The position numbers and the translations under genes are program-made. DNA of 64,000 nt from Octopus vulgaris (taxonomy: Eukaryota): positions 148,676,001-148,740,000 of the forward strand of contig OX597815.1 in the NCBI GenBank assembly GCA_951406725.2. Reading direction: 5' to 3'. Positions 13,340 through 26,220 of the stretch are shown here, piece after piece; the stretch's first letter is position 1; each line of letters begins with the position of its first letter. The notes below the pieces were generated by a model. The model had not been told where the DNA came from. It was given only the letters and a program-made list of their open reading frames with translations, and ran no database searches.

Positions 13340-15492
13340 TTATATATGATCCATTTTATCAAAAGCTTTTGGAAAAGCAAGGCACAGTGTGTCCACATTT
13401 GAGTTGTTGAGTAACTGCCTAAAAAATCAGTCATGGTGCTGTAAGAGGTGGGTATCATTCAGCAAGTTATTTTCTTCAAGGAATGCGATTAGTTTCCTTC
13501 TGACATTGCTGATGTGTGAAGATAGGACTATTGTTTTTGGCATCTGCTCTGCTTCCTCCTATATAGATTGAGCATAATATCCCTCCAGTTTGCATGGCAG
13601 CCTGCCATTTGCAAAGAAGAGAGTATGTAGAGAGAATCCGGGAGAGAATCTGTAGAGGTTTTGCCAGGGCACGCTTACACGATTTGAGGAGGATTGCTGG
13701 AAAACCAGGACAAGCAGTTGAGTTTGCGTCTACTTCATCTATGGCTAGTAGAATATATTATTCGCTAATGTCGATGTAATCCATCGAAACTGCCTCGCTG
13801 GTTATAGGTGTGGCGGCAAAGAAATCATTCAGTTGTCTGTGTTCCAATGGGGTGGTAAAGATACATTTAAACTGGTCATTCAGTACCTCGCTGATAATGG
13901 TTGGACCAGCTTTTTGGAAGAGGTGTCCTATTTTGCAGCGTGCTGAATCTGCTACTTTCGCATAGTGAAAGAAGGCTCTGGGTTTGACTTAATGTTTTTT
14001 TATAACCCAGGCTTCTATGGCTGCTCTCTCCCTCACATAGGATTCTTGCAGACTTTTTTTAAATCTCCATCAGTGTTGTTTTTAGGCGGATGCTTTTTCT
14101 ACTTTTGGAATGTTGGTTGAGATGATTTGCAAGCTTTTGTCCATCGTCTCATGAGGACCTTCATCTCCGTTAGAATCCTGTTCACCTTTGTGTTGGCCTT
14201 GTGCTCTGGGACATATTCCTGACATATGGTTTGCATAACATACATGAAATATTCTAGTTTCCTGCTAATGTCTGTTGTGGAGAGACATTCCGGCTAGTCC
14301 TGTCTGACGATCTCTTTTTCGATCGATTTCCATTTTGGTTTGTGGAAGTTAAGATTGGAGAGACTTTGGGTGTTTCTTTAGGCTGTATGTCACTAGCTGC
14401 TTTTGGTCCACAGATAGCTGTATTACGTTGTGATGCGAGACTAATGTCGGTGTTACTTTTACATCATGAACGATGTCCATATTGTTTGTGAAACAGAGAT
14501 CCAAAATGTTATTCGTCCTAGGTTATCTGAGTAAAATTTGGGCCACCAATAGGGCATTCGTGAGGTTGTGCAGGGACAACGCCTGTTTGTTTGCAATGAT
14601 TCTTTCCTCAGAGCATGTGTCCTTCGAGCCATTTGACGTTGGAGAACTTTAAATCATTCATAAGAAATACGCACACGTTGTGTTCCAGATTCATGAAGAT
14701 TTCTTTACTTCTTGTGAGGCAATCTTGCCTTTGTGGTCTGGAGAATCCAGTGAGTTATATGTGTTGCATATGACTATATTGTACTGTCTTATGTATACAA
14801 TTAAATCGTTGCGTATTATATTTGAGTATGACAGTAATACCTGGGGTGTGAGCTCATAACATATGTATACGGCAGCACCACCATGGCTCCTTTCTCTTTA
14901 GTCTGTTCGCAATAAGGTATATTTTGGTACGTGTCCATCAGCATCCTATATATCAGGGTTCAGATGAGTTTCCACGAGCGCTATGCATAGGGCTTGATTG
15001 CATGCAGCAAGATCTCTCAGTAAAAAAAAATGCTTCTCTTGTTGTAATGCAACATGACCACAAAATTTAATACAATTATTGCCACAACGACTCTACAGGC
15101 GTTAGGGGAGGCCATTTCGTGTCTGTTCATTGTGGGGTCTTGCACAGTGGTGGGCAAGGTTCCTTGTTTGCGCTTGATGTAGCCAGGTCAGGTGCTACAC
15201 AATCTTTTGCGCCATGCACAAAATAGATTCTTGCTCAGCTGCTGCCTTTCACGTAACATCCGAAAGGCGCAATGCTTTTGCATATTTTTTTTGAGGCGAT
15301 TGGTGCCTTTCCTCACTGAAGTATTTCTACTCCAGGCCCCTGCAGTTTTGGCGGGATCTCGGATGGGCAAACCAGCAGTTTGTACTGTCTTCACCATGCC
15401 AACATTTGCTTTGCAGGTAAGATTTGCAGTCTTTGAGTGCACTACAAATTTCGTTTCTCCTCTAGGGTTTCGGATTCTGTTGGAGCCTCCAT
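13340..15492 (-). mobile_element. APE-endonuclease LINE (CR1/L2-like group), 5' portion, decayed
   Basis: The minus strand gives APE motifs IALVETHLNPDI...YTLLRTD...SHGGAAVYI and NILDLCFTNNMDIVHDV, with a Cys/Lys-rich ORF1-like remnant upstream. Confidence 0.8.
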
Positions 15493-15548
15493 ATTTGAGT
15501 TTTATTTTTATTTTCATTTTTCTCCATATATATTTATATATATTTATA

Positions 15549-15945
15549 CAGGAGTGGCTGTGTTGTAAGTAGCTTGTTTACCAACCACATGGTTCCGGGT
15601 TCAGTCCCACTGCGTGACACCTTGGGCAAGTGTCTTCTTCTATAGCCTCGGGCCGACCAAAGCCTTGTGAGTGGATTTGGTAGACGGAAACTGAAAGAAG
15701 CCCGTCTTATATATGTATATATATATATATATGCGTGTGTTTGTTTGTGTGTCTGTGTTTGTCCACCTAGCATTGCTTGACAACCGATGCGGGTGTGTTT
15801 ATGTCCCCGTCACTTAGCGGTTCGGCAAAAGCGACCGATAGAATAAGTACTGAACTTACAAAGAACAAGTCCCGGGGTCGAGTTGCTCGACTAAAGGCGG
15901 TGCTCCAGCATGGCCGTAGTCAAATGACTAAAGCAAGTAAAAAAA
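15549..15945 (+). mobile_element. tRNA-derived SINE, family A (full length, internal TA/TG microsatellite)
   Basis: Pol III-like head, CACCTTGGGCAAGTG segment and tail GGCGGTGCTCCAGCATGGCC; multicopy in the window. Confidence 0.9.
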
Positions 15946-16597
15946 ATTATATATATATATATATATACACATACATACATTTGCATATATGGGGTACAGG
16001 ATGTCACCAACTTTGAACAACATGAAATAAGAAAGCAAATGATTTCAAAACGCAAACAACGAAACAAATGGAAAGCAAGACAGGCTATATAACGAAATAC
16101 CTTTCTTCAGTTGTTGGCTGTCTATCTACTCCTCATTTCGAGTATTGAACGACAATATGAGTCTTCAGAGACTCAATAAGTACTTCAAAGTAGCTCCCAT
16201 AAATTCTTAAATAAAATTTATGATTTATGGAGGGGCAAAGTTGGAAGCAAAAAAATGGACAATGGAGACATACAAGAAAACCGAACGAAAAAACATGGAG
16301 GCCGTTACACCAGAACCAGGGTAATATAGTGAAGACAGAACTCATATATAAATGTATATATCCACACACATACACATATATGCACATACATACATACGCG
16401 CCTTTGTATAAAGATACAAACAAACTCAATATAAATATATAGATAAGTAAATATGCAATTACGTTTACAGTATGAATGTATGTATAACATGTATATATAT
16501 ATATATATAGTTTTGTGTGTCTATTTAACTACGTATCTTTCTTCCCCTCTTGATCAATACCCATGAGCATATATATATAGTATTTCTTATACCTCAC

Positions 16598-16703
16598 CGA
16601 ATAACTTTGAATGCGTTCATAGTACGTCCAACACCACAAGTAAAGAAACCTTTCTAAAATCCTTGGAATCTCCGACGATATTATCTTTGAAAATTGATTA
16701 AAT
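16598..16703 (-). CDS. Candidate 106-nt coding exon of an unidentified host gene
   Basis: attccag| acceptor and |gtgagg donor enclose the open frame FNQFSKIISSEIPRILERFLYLWCWTYYERIQSYS. No homology recognised. Confidence 0.3.
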
Positions 16704-17356
16704 CTGGAATGATATTTTAATGCCAAAGGAAATTCTCACTATAAGATTACTCTATATATAATACCTCCATTTCTCTAATATAAAATGAATAATATTTTTC
16801 TCATATCTGAATTATTGACTCAGGTTGTGATGTTTTATTATCAGTGTTATGAATGATCTGAGATAAATAACATCAGATATATTGCTGGAACTACATTTTT
16901 TACCTCAAGATTTGAATGGTGGCATTTTTTTCTATTTTGAGTTTTGTGCCGTTATTACCACATTTAATGATTCTTGGAATATAAATAATGAAATGTATGA
17001 AAGGTTAAGTCGAGTGTCTGCGTAGGGAAATGACATCTTAAATTTCTTTAGTACGTTAATAATAACCCACATTTAATAAAATATATTTCACCATTAATTA
17101 AATATTCTATTGTTAAAATGTCAAATATTATGATTCATCATCCAAACCGTAAAATATTATCAAAGAAATAATAACTATTAAAGATCAAAATTGGTCTTCC
17201 ATAATAATACTTACTGAAATCTATGGACATAATGAAATATTTTTATAAATGCACATGTATGAGTATGCATGTGTGCGCATGTGTATATATACTTATATGT
17301 GTATATGTGTATATTTACATAGGTATGCATATATATATATAAACATATATATATAC

Positions 17357-17405
<49 letters not shown>

Positions 17406-17407
<2 letters not shown>

Positions 17408-18559
17408 ACTATGAGAGAGAATCCACCATATGGACGCTCCTGCGCTAGATATAGATCCCCAAAAGCCCTCGTTCTGAACTGGATATCTTATATCCAATTT
17501 TTTCAACATCTTTTTGACTTAAATTATAAATTAATATGTTCTCAAACCGGGGTAAACTAATGCAGTGAATTATTTTTGCAGTATTTATTTACGGGATTTT
17601 AGGGCGCCAGAACGAGGGCATTTGAATGTAACTGTGAATATAATCGGCCGAATGGCTCGTGTTTCTGACCTCGTGTTAATATACAGCGTGCAGTTCGATG
17701 ATCCGAGATGTTTATGTAAGTAAAATTACATAATGTATTAACGGTGAAACAATTGTATGGGGTTAATCTATATTTTCGTTATTTTTCATTTGTTCTGCTC
17801 GCCTACGTTCTTGGTGTGCTGAATTATTACTTGAGAACAATTCTTAGTGGTTGAGTCCCTTTGCGGATCTATATCTAGCGTAAGAGCGTCCACATAGTGG
17901 ATTCTCTCTCATAGTTGTTTATTAATAATATTTACTAAATCTCAGTCTTTTATACGCAAGACCACTGGTGTTTACATTGATTTTATTAAATTAATATCCA
18001 ATTTTCTCACCCTCTTTTTGACTTTAATTATAAATTAATATGTTCTCAAACCGACGTAAACTACTGCCGTGAATTATTTATGCATTATTTATATACGGTA
18101 ATTTAGCGCGCCAGAACGAGGGCATTTGAATGTAACTGAGATAATATAATCGGCCGAATTGCTCGTGTCTCTGACCTCGTGTTAATATATAGCGTGCAGT
18201 TCGACAAATTATATTTTATGACGTACTCCACCGATGATCCGAGGTTATTTATGTAAGTAAAATTACATAATTTATTAACGGTGAGACAATTGTATGGGGT
18301 TAATCTATATATTCCTTATATTTCATTTGTCCTGCTCGCATACGTTCTTAGTGTGCTGAATTATTTTTTCAGAACAATTCTTAGTGGTTGAGTCCATTTG
18401 CGGATCTATATCTAGCGCAAGAGCGTCCACATAGTGGATTCTCTTTCATAGTTGTGTATTAATAATATTTACTGAATCTCAGTCTTTTATACGTTAGGCC
18501 ACTAATGTTTAAATTGATGTTATTAAATTAATATTAAATGTTTTCACCCTCTTTTTGAC

Positions 18560-18568
<9 letters not shown>
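17406..18568 (+). mobile_element. Tandem ~505/537-bp repeats preceded by an inverted fragment, with hammerhead motifs (PLE pLTR or retrozyme-like)
   Basis: Unit starts (CTTTTTGACTT) at ~17510, ~18014 and ~18551. 17406-17458 is the reverse complement of 17865-17916. Hammerhead motifs lie at 17695-17762 and 18226-18299. Confidence 0.8.
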
Positions 18569-18594
<26 letters not shown>

Positions 18595-18598
<4 letters not shown>

Positions 18599-18783
18599 CA
18601 ATATGTGACCTCGTGAGTACCGCTGGCGATTTTTTTCCTCTGTCTTCCCTTCAAGGGATCTTTCCTTCTCCTATGTTTTCGACGAAGAGCTCCGCTCGAA
18701 ACGTTAAACCCTCCTTCTTCCCTTCTTTCCTGAGCGTCCAATGATACTTTATTTGTTCCACGTCCGTGTTTTCTTGTTTGGAT

Positions 18784-18787
<4 letters not shown>
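18595..18787 (+). mobile_element. Short Penelope-like terminal fragment with a minimal hammerhead
   Basis: 18675-18709 reads GTTT-TCGACGA-A-GAGC-tcc-GCTC-GAAAC-GTT-AAAC; it is flanked by (TA)n. Confidence 0.65.
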
Positions 18788-18838
<51 letters not shown>

Positions 18839-18909
18839 TAACGCTTCCATATACATAAACATATACATATTTAAGTAGAAATTCATATACATACATACAC
18901 ACACACATA

Positions 18910-19150
18910 TGTATTGTTATATGTGAATTTTGAAGTACCACATGTGGGCCAGACAGGAAAAGCACTGGTTATGAGAACATTCACGTGAGCACTGACAGTA
19001 AATTAGAGACCAGATGTCCGTCAGATAGCAATACGTAGTCGGGAAACATAATATGTCCATTCTTCAAACTACACAGTCCAAGGGAATTTGAGAGAAAAAT
19101 TAGAGAAATGCAGATTATTAATAAATTCCAACCCAAGCTAAATACGCAAT
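18910..19150 (+). mobile_element. Penelope-like GIY-YIG endonuclease C-terminal fragment
   Basis: Decayed HVGQTGKAL ... ICPFFKL ... IINKFQPKLN, paralleling the element at 60.6-61.1 kb. Confidence 0.55.
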
Positions 19151-19815
19151 ACTATTAATACTCAGAGGTACTATTTCTACTGCTGCGACTACTACCACTA
19201 ACAAAGCCAATAATACTATAGTGCACATAACGATGACAGCTGGAAAAAACTAGCGGCGTAAATTTTATTTTGCGGTTTAAAGTTCCATTGCCACGGCTAA
19301 TCCTATCACCTCCAACACCATCACTACCACCAACAGCAACAACAACGACAATGACAACAATAATAAAAAAAATGATAACAGTGATGATGATAAGTGAAAT
19401 GTAAAAATCCCTGGGAAATGTTCTTTATAGCATTTCTAAACATAGCCCAATAATTACTGCTTTGGCCACGATCGAAATACATGTCTCTTGAAGCTAAAAC
19501 CAAGCACTAATCAACTTAATTAATTTAGTAAAGCCACACGCTGATTGATCAGAATAATGTTTGCAAAAATTAACATTCAAGGGCCTATGCAAATATATGT
19601 AAATCACACAGTTAGACCATCTCAGTGTTGTAAATTGAAAAGCATAACTGTTACCAGTCCTACAGGAACCCGAAGAATTGCATAGACTAATGCATAAAGT
19701 TCAATCAGAATGGACGTTTAATATTCTGCCATTTCATTATATCATATTATCTTATATTATTTTAAGGTTGTAAATAAAACGTGAAAATCAAATTTGGAAT
19801 TTCTTTGTGTAATAT

Positions 19816-19860
<45 letters not shown>

Positions 19861-20316
19861 TATATGTACACACACGCTGACATACACACATGATCGCTAA
19901 CCTAATTACTCATCTCTTATTTATTTTCTTGTTTCCACGAAGCTATGCAAGCTAAGAAACAACGTCTTAAATATTCACACTGTGTTAGCGTACCTTGATA
20001 CAAACCTAATAAAGTGACACTCTAATATCTAAAACCTCAAAAAGTACATAAATTTGCACTCCGAATTTTTTCATAATGTGGTGCTGCAAGCGGAGTTGGT
20101 ACAGAAACAATTGTACTGAATCATCAAAGACTTCTTAAAGAGTTTCTTTGTCTTCTTTATTAGTTGAATCTTCGCCAAACTCATATTACGGTATGGCTAT
20201 CGTGAAATCAAGACTTTCTACAACGGAAGAATTCCGGGATTGTTCAAGTGTTGATAGTCTAGTATTTGGGCCCAGTACTTCTCTGGAGACACCCTACATT
20301 TACATCCTAGCAGGAC

Positions 20317-20358
<42 letters not shown>

Positions 20359-20424
20359 GCATACACACACACATACAGGCACACCCAAATATAGTTCAGA
20401 TTTCTAGAGAAACAAAGAAGAAGA

Positions 20425-20525
20425 GATGTGTAGGAACAGCCAGCAAGTGTATTAGCTTGAGGTTCGGGAAAAATGGGAAAGATTTTTACGATTCGAGCTC
20501 ACGCTCTTCGAGAGAAAGGAATAAG
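20425..20525 (-). mobile_element. Penelope-like terminal fragment with a decayed minimal hammerhead
   Basis: The minus strand reads CTCTCGAAGAGCGTGAGCTCGAATCGTAAAA; same family as 51195-51300 and 51735-51785. Confidence 0.5.
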
Positions 20526-20861
20526 AAGAATTAAATAGAGAGAGAATGGAAAAAACCGTGTTGAGTTCAGTGATTGTTTATAGTTGTAAAAAACATTATA
20601 AAGTATCTTACAAAGTTCAGTTCCAAACTCGTGGCATGTGCATAAGAATGTGTGGTTAAGAAAGTCGCTTTGCAAACTCGTGGTAAGAAGTGTAGGTATA
20701 TTGCGCAGAAAATGCTTGCGGTAATTTTATAGCTACTATACACAGAAATGCATCTTCTATGTGCATTTTTTAGTGTGTAATTGTTTCACAACGTTTCAAA
20801 ATATAATTGTTAGTATATTTACGTAAATGAAACCCAGCGATTAAGTAAAAACTAACCTCTG

Positions 20862-21017
20862 ACTGTGTGGAAGGAGCTTGCTTACGAACCACATGGTTCC
20901 GGGTTCAGTCCCACTGCGTGGCACTTTGGACAAGTGTCTTCTACTATAGCCTCGGGCCGACCAAAGACTTGTGAGAGGATTTGGTAGACATAAACTGGAA
21001 GAAGCCCGTCGTATATA

Positions 21018-21080
<63 letters not shown>

Positions 21081-21290
21081 TATGTGCGTGTATATGTTTG
21101 TGTTTGTCCCACCACCATCGCTTGACAAATGATGCTGGTGTGCTTACGTCCCCGTAAATTATCTGCAAAAGACACTGATAGAATGAGTACTAGGCTTACA
21201 AAGAATAAGTCCTGAGGTCGATTTGTTCAACTAAAGGCGGTGCTCCAGCATGGCCACATTGAAATGACCCAAACAAATAAAAAATTAAAA
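20862..21290 (+). mobile_element. tRNA-derived SINE, family A
   Basis: Homologous to 15549-15945. Confidence 0.9.
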
Positions 21291-21559
21291 GAGTAAAAGA
21301 GTACAGAATGTGTAATAGTGTAAAATTTAAAGGAATTGTATTCAACCGATCACCTTAACTTCTTTTAGGTAATATTTTAGCGTGGACTATGTTCATAAGC
21401 TGTATCAAGTGTAAGAATAAGACAAATTCCTGTCGTTTGTTGTAGCTATTTGTTTTATAGTTTTGATGACTGAAAGTTGCGATTGCAGAAATCTAAACTG
21501 CCCTTCAAAGAAAGTCAAGTAGGTATGTAGAGCCGAAATGAAATTACGTCAAACATCAT

Positions 21560-21880
21560 TGTTTTCTACTCTAGGCCAAGGGCCTGAAATTTTAGGGGAG
21601 GTGTCCAGTCAATTAGATCGACTCCAGTGTGCAACTGGTACTTAATTTATTGACATCGAAGTGATGAAGGAGCTAAATACAGAGGGGACAAATAAGGACA
21701 GACAGACGGATTACGTCGATTACATCGACCACCAGTGCATAACTGGTACTTAATTTATCGACCCCGAAATGATTAAAGGCAAAGTCGACCTCGGCGGAAT
21801 TTGGACTCAGAACGTAACGGCAGACGAAATACGGCTACGTATTTCACCCGGCGTGCTAACGTTTCTGCCAGCTCACTGCC
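21560..21880 (-). mobile_element. tRNA-derived SINE, family B
   Basis: The minus strand reads GAGCTGGCAGAAACGTTAGCACGCCGGGTGAAAT...GTTCTGAGTCCAAATTCCGCCGAGGTCGAC, with an internally duplicated body. Confidence 0.85.
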
Positions 21881-22813
21881 TTTTACGCCCAATCATTATT
21901 GTATCACCAACTCATTAAGTTCACTTTTTATCATGTTTCAATCCGCTAATGAGTAAGAAAAAAATCTGCTTGATATTATTCGACTTCTTTTTCTCATTAA
22001 AATAAAAATAAACAATTGCCATTATCTTACATAACCGGCTATACGGTTATTTACTTAGAAATGAACATTTATGCGACTTTGAAATTGTATCGTCTACCTT
22101 TCAAATGACTGTGTGCTGAATACTTTCTTTCAAATCTGTAAGTTGCAATAATTTTGCACATACTTTACTTAATAAAGATGAAATACATTACTGTATAACA
22201 CCTATAATTGATACGTCGTTATCCTGTTTGTATATGGTTAATATACATTAGGTTTCTATTTATCAGTCATTACTTTTTGAATTTTAATTCCACGATCTGG
22301 GTATGCTTTGTTTTTTACTTCTAATTTCATAGTAATTTTCTTATTGCAACTATATAAAAAGCAATTAAAGCAATCACTTCAAAATTTACTGAAATAAATG
22401 TTAATATTTTACAAAACACATCAATTATAAGATGTAATTGATGTCATTACATGTCACGATATTTAATGACTTAATGAATATATCAAAATTAAATATTTTG
22501 CTTTTTAACACCATCTTATTTAATAGCTGTTCAGAAATTATCCTTAATGTCATTATAAATATATTTCACATCTTTTGGAAGAAATTAAAATACATTCTTA
22601 ACTTGATCATAAAACGGAAAACTTATTTTTCCAGGAAAATTAAAGCATTGTGAAGGGACACTGCTATTTAATACTATAGGCGGATGTGTTGCGCAGAGAA
22701 ATGATATCAATTAGTGTGGTGGAAGACATATTACTCCTCTACTTAATATCGGCCACTTAACATTTATTTGCAAACGATTATACGAATTCTATGTACATAC
22801 TGAATGGGAACGA

Positions 22814-24075
22814 TATTCTTTTCTACTGAAGGCGCAAAGCCTTGAAATTCTGGGTGGGGGGATAGTTGATTAGATTGACCCCAGTGTTTCACTGGTACTT
22901 AATTTATTGACCTCGAAAGGAGGAAAGGGAAAGTTGACGCCGGTGGAATTTGAATTCAGAACTTTGCCTTTCATCCTTTCGGGGTCGATAAATTAAGTAC
23001 CAGTAACGCACTAGGGTCGATGCAATCGACTTTATCCGTTTGTCTGTCCTTGTGTGTCTTCTCTGTTTTTAGCCCCTTGTGGGTAGTAAAGAAATAGGTA
23101 TTTCGTCTGCCGTTACGTTCTGAGTTCAAATCATGCCTTTCATCCTTTCGGGGTCGATTAAATAAGTACGAGTTACGCACTGGGGTCGATATAATCGACT
23201 TAATCCGTTTGTCTGTCCTTGTTTGTCCTCTCTGTGTGTGGCCCCTTGTGGGCAATAAATAAATAAATAACGTTAGCACGACGAGCGAAATGGTTAGTGG
23301 TATTTCGTCTGTCTACTTTCTGAGTTCAGATTCCGCCGAGGTCGACTTTGCCTTTCATCTTTTCTGGGTCGATTAAATAAGCCCCAGTTACGCACTGGGG
23401 TCGATATAGTTGACTTAATCTGTTTGTCTGTTCTTGTTTGTCCTCTCTGTGTTTGGCCCCTTGTGGCTAGTAAAGAAAGAGGTATTTCGTCTGCCGCTAC
23501 GTTCTGAGTTCAAATTCCGCCGAGATCGACTTTGCTTTTTATCCTTTTGGGATCGATTAAATAAGTACCGGTAACGCACTGAGGTCGATATAATAAACTT
23601 CATCCATTTGTCTGTCCTTGATTGTCCTCTCTGCGTGTAGCCCCTTGTGGGCAATAAAAACATAAGAAACGTTAGCTCGACGGGCGAAATGGTTAGCGGT
23701 ATTTTGTCTGCCATGTCGTATGTCGATGCCGATGTCGATTTTGCCTTTCATCCTTTCGGGGTCGATAAATTAAGTACCAATTAAGCACTGGAGTCGATGT
23801 AATATATTTAATACCTTTATCTGTTTTTGTTTGTCTCCTATATGTTTAGCCCCATTGTGGGCAATAAAGAAATAAGAAAGTTTAATACGCCGGGCTAAAC
23901 GCTTAGCGGTATTTCGTCTGTCTTTACGTTCTGAGTTCAGATTCTGCCGAGGTCGACTTTGCCTTTCATTCCTTCGGGGTCAATAAATTAAATATCAGTT
24001 CCGTACTAGGGTCGATCTAATTGACTGGTCTCCTCCCCAAAATTTCGGGCCCTTGTGCCTCGAGTAGAAAAGAAT
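22814..24075. repeat. SINE family B-derived tandem array (about 6 units) joined to an inverted partial copy
   Basis: A GCCTTTCATCCTTTCGGGGTCGA-like motif recurs at ~22966, 23135, 23350, 23534, 23743 and 23961. 22814-22960 is a minus-strand copy. Confidence 0.9.
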
Positions 24076-24749
24076 ACTGCTAAACAACAGAAGATACATT
24101 TGCTCTCTTAAGTTTGAATATTGTCATAGTGTAAAGACAAAAGGAATGTTGTGTTTCGACATTATTTCAATTATAATCGCATTAAGTTAAAAGAAATTTT
24201 ATTTGACAAAGGAAGTCACTGTAGCTGATATTTATTCAACTGGAAATAATCGTGAACGTGAAGCAGTCAGTGGATGCTCGAGGTGAATACATGCCTATCA
24301 AATCATATTGACTATCAATAAACTAACTTGATTATGTGCGTGGCAATGATCACATATACGTGCGGAGATTATTAAGATATTCCTTGTCATGTGAATCAGA
24401 GTCAATTAGACTATTTAGGTGCGGGTTCTGACCGTTATCCTTGTGATAAAAAAAACATTAAATTTATGAAATATCTGAATTAGTTATCAATAAAAGAACT
24501 CCACTGAAATATATAGAGTCCATGGGAACATACGAATCCTACAGATCAAATGATAAGATGCCATCAAGATCCCTAACTTTATTTCTCAGATGGTATAGAG
24601 TTTAAGGTAATAGAGAGGAGTAAATTATCCGTAAATACATAAATTTAAAGGAGACAGTAAAGTATGATAGAAAATGGGACCTTAATAGTGCAAAATAAGA
24701 GAAAAGTTGAAGACTAATAAGACGTAATATTCCCTTGCAGAGGTATCAT

Positions 24750-24944
24750 TACTTTTCTATATTTAAGAGATGGGGAATTATGTACATAATTTACATTATT
24801 TATTTTATTTACATGTGACGGATATTTGTCTTCATCTTGTTTGTTGTTAACACAACGTTTCGGCTGATATACCTTCCAGCCTTCATTAGGTGTCTTGGGG
24901 GAAATTTCGAACATGAGTTCCCATTCCTAAATGGGAACTCATGT
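24750..24944 (-). mobile_element. Penelope-like terminal fragment with a type I hammerhead (one core substitution)
   Basis: The minus strand at 24850-24893 reads ACAC-CTAATGA-A-GGCTG...CAGCC-GAAAC-GTT-GTGT. Confidence 0.75.
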
Positions 24945-25302
24945 ATGTCATCCATATACAGCGAGGATGACATTCCAAAGGCTGGAGCTGTTTGAATGAG
25001 AAATGATGCTGTATCTACCATATGCGCCGAACATTGATTATCATTTATTCCGCAGGATTTAAAATCATTTGGTTGGGAAAAAATGCATCCTGTAGACGAG
25101 GTCAGAAGGAGTACTGCATGAGAACTTTTGGTCGCGGACAAGTGAAATTTGGAAGTGGGGCTTAGAAATCTACCAGACAGATTGAAGTGCTTTATAGAGA
25201 ATGAAGGAGTATTTATTTTAGATTGAAACAGAATTTGTGTATCTTAATTTTGAAAAATAAAAGAATTATAAAGAACTGAATTTTTCATGGGATGACACCA
25301 AT
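24945..25302 (+). mobile_element. mariner-type transposase C-terminal fragment with probable right TIR
   Basis: PYTARMTFQRLELF..LPYAPNIDYHLFR (a decayed HPPYSPDLAPSDYHLF motif), then LPDRLKCFIENEG; ends ...GATGACACCAATA. Confidence 0.8.
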
Positions 25303-25309
25303 ATGTGTT

Positions 25310-25498
25310 GTATGTGTGTTTGTGTGTCTGTTTTTGTATCTCGACCATCGTTTGGCAACCGATGTTTGGTGTTTACGTCCCCATAATTTAGAGGTTCAGC
25401 AAAAAAAAAACCAGTAGAATAAGTCTTGTGGTCGATTTCTTCGACTAAACGCGGTGCTCTAGCATGGCCACAGTCAAATGAATAAAAGAATAAAAGAA
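25310..25498 (+). mobile_element. SINE family A, 3' half
   Basis: GTGTTTACGTCCCC...GCGGTGCTCTAGCATGGCCACAGTCAAATGA. Confidence 0.8.
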
Positions 25499-25911
25499 TC
25501 ACATCTGAGAGAAGCAGAAATATGTGTGACAAATCTTTTATTGTATTGATTATATTTGTAAATCCTTAATACTGTAATTAAATGTTTCAAAATTCTATTA
25601 TTCTGATTTGATTAACTGAGGTTGTTTGGCTTACTAAATATTTGAAATTACATATCCTTAGTAATTGTATACGTTGTAATTAATGAAGAAAAATATACAA
25701 CCCCTCCTTTCTCCCTTACTCTCTCTCACTGAATATGTATATGTATACACACACATATACAGACGCACACACACACACACATATATATTCACAGCAGGAA
25801 ATATTTTCTCTTATAGAAAGAAAAGTGTTTATAGGGTTGCAAAAGAAATGCTCAAATATAAATGAGATGGAGATAAAGCATTGGTTATAGCATTCTGTAA
25901 TCAATGCTTCT

Positions 25912-25996
25912 TTATATATATATATGTATATATATATACATACATACATATATATATATATACATATATGTATATATATATATATGTATATATATC

Positions 25997-26090
<94 letters not shown>

Positions 26091-26220
26091 CATATATATA
26101 TATACATACATACATACATACAAACATACATACATACATACAAACATACATACATACATACATACAAACATACATGCATGCATACATACACACATACATA
26201 CGCACACACTCATACATACA
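25912..26220. repeat. (TA)n/(TACA)n microsatellite
   Basis: Directly visible. Confidence 0.95.

Noticed and set aside
16110-16180. Possible minus-strand hammerhead (GTCT-CTGAAGA...GAAA...TAGAC)
   Set aside because: The stem II closure and stem III do not pair convincingly, so it was not counted.
22960-24075. CRISPR-like repeat/spacer array
   Set aside because: The context is eukaryotic and the intervening sequences are homologous to each other; it is a SINE-derived tandem repeat.
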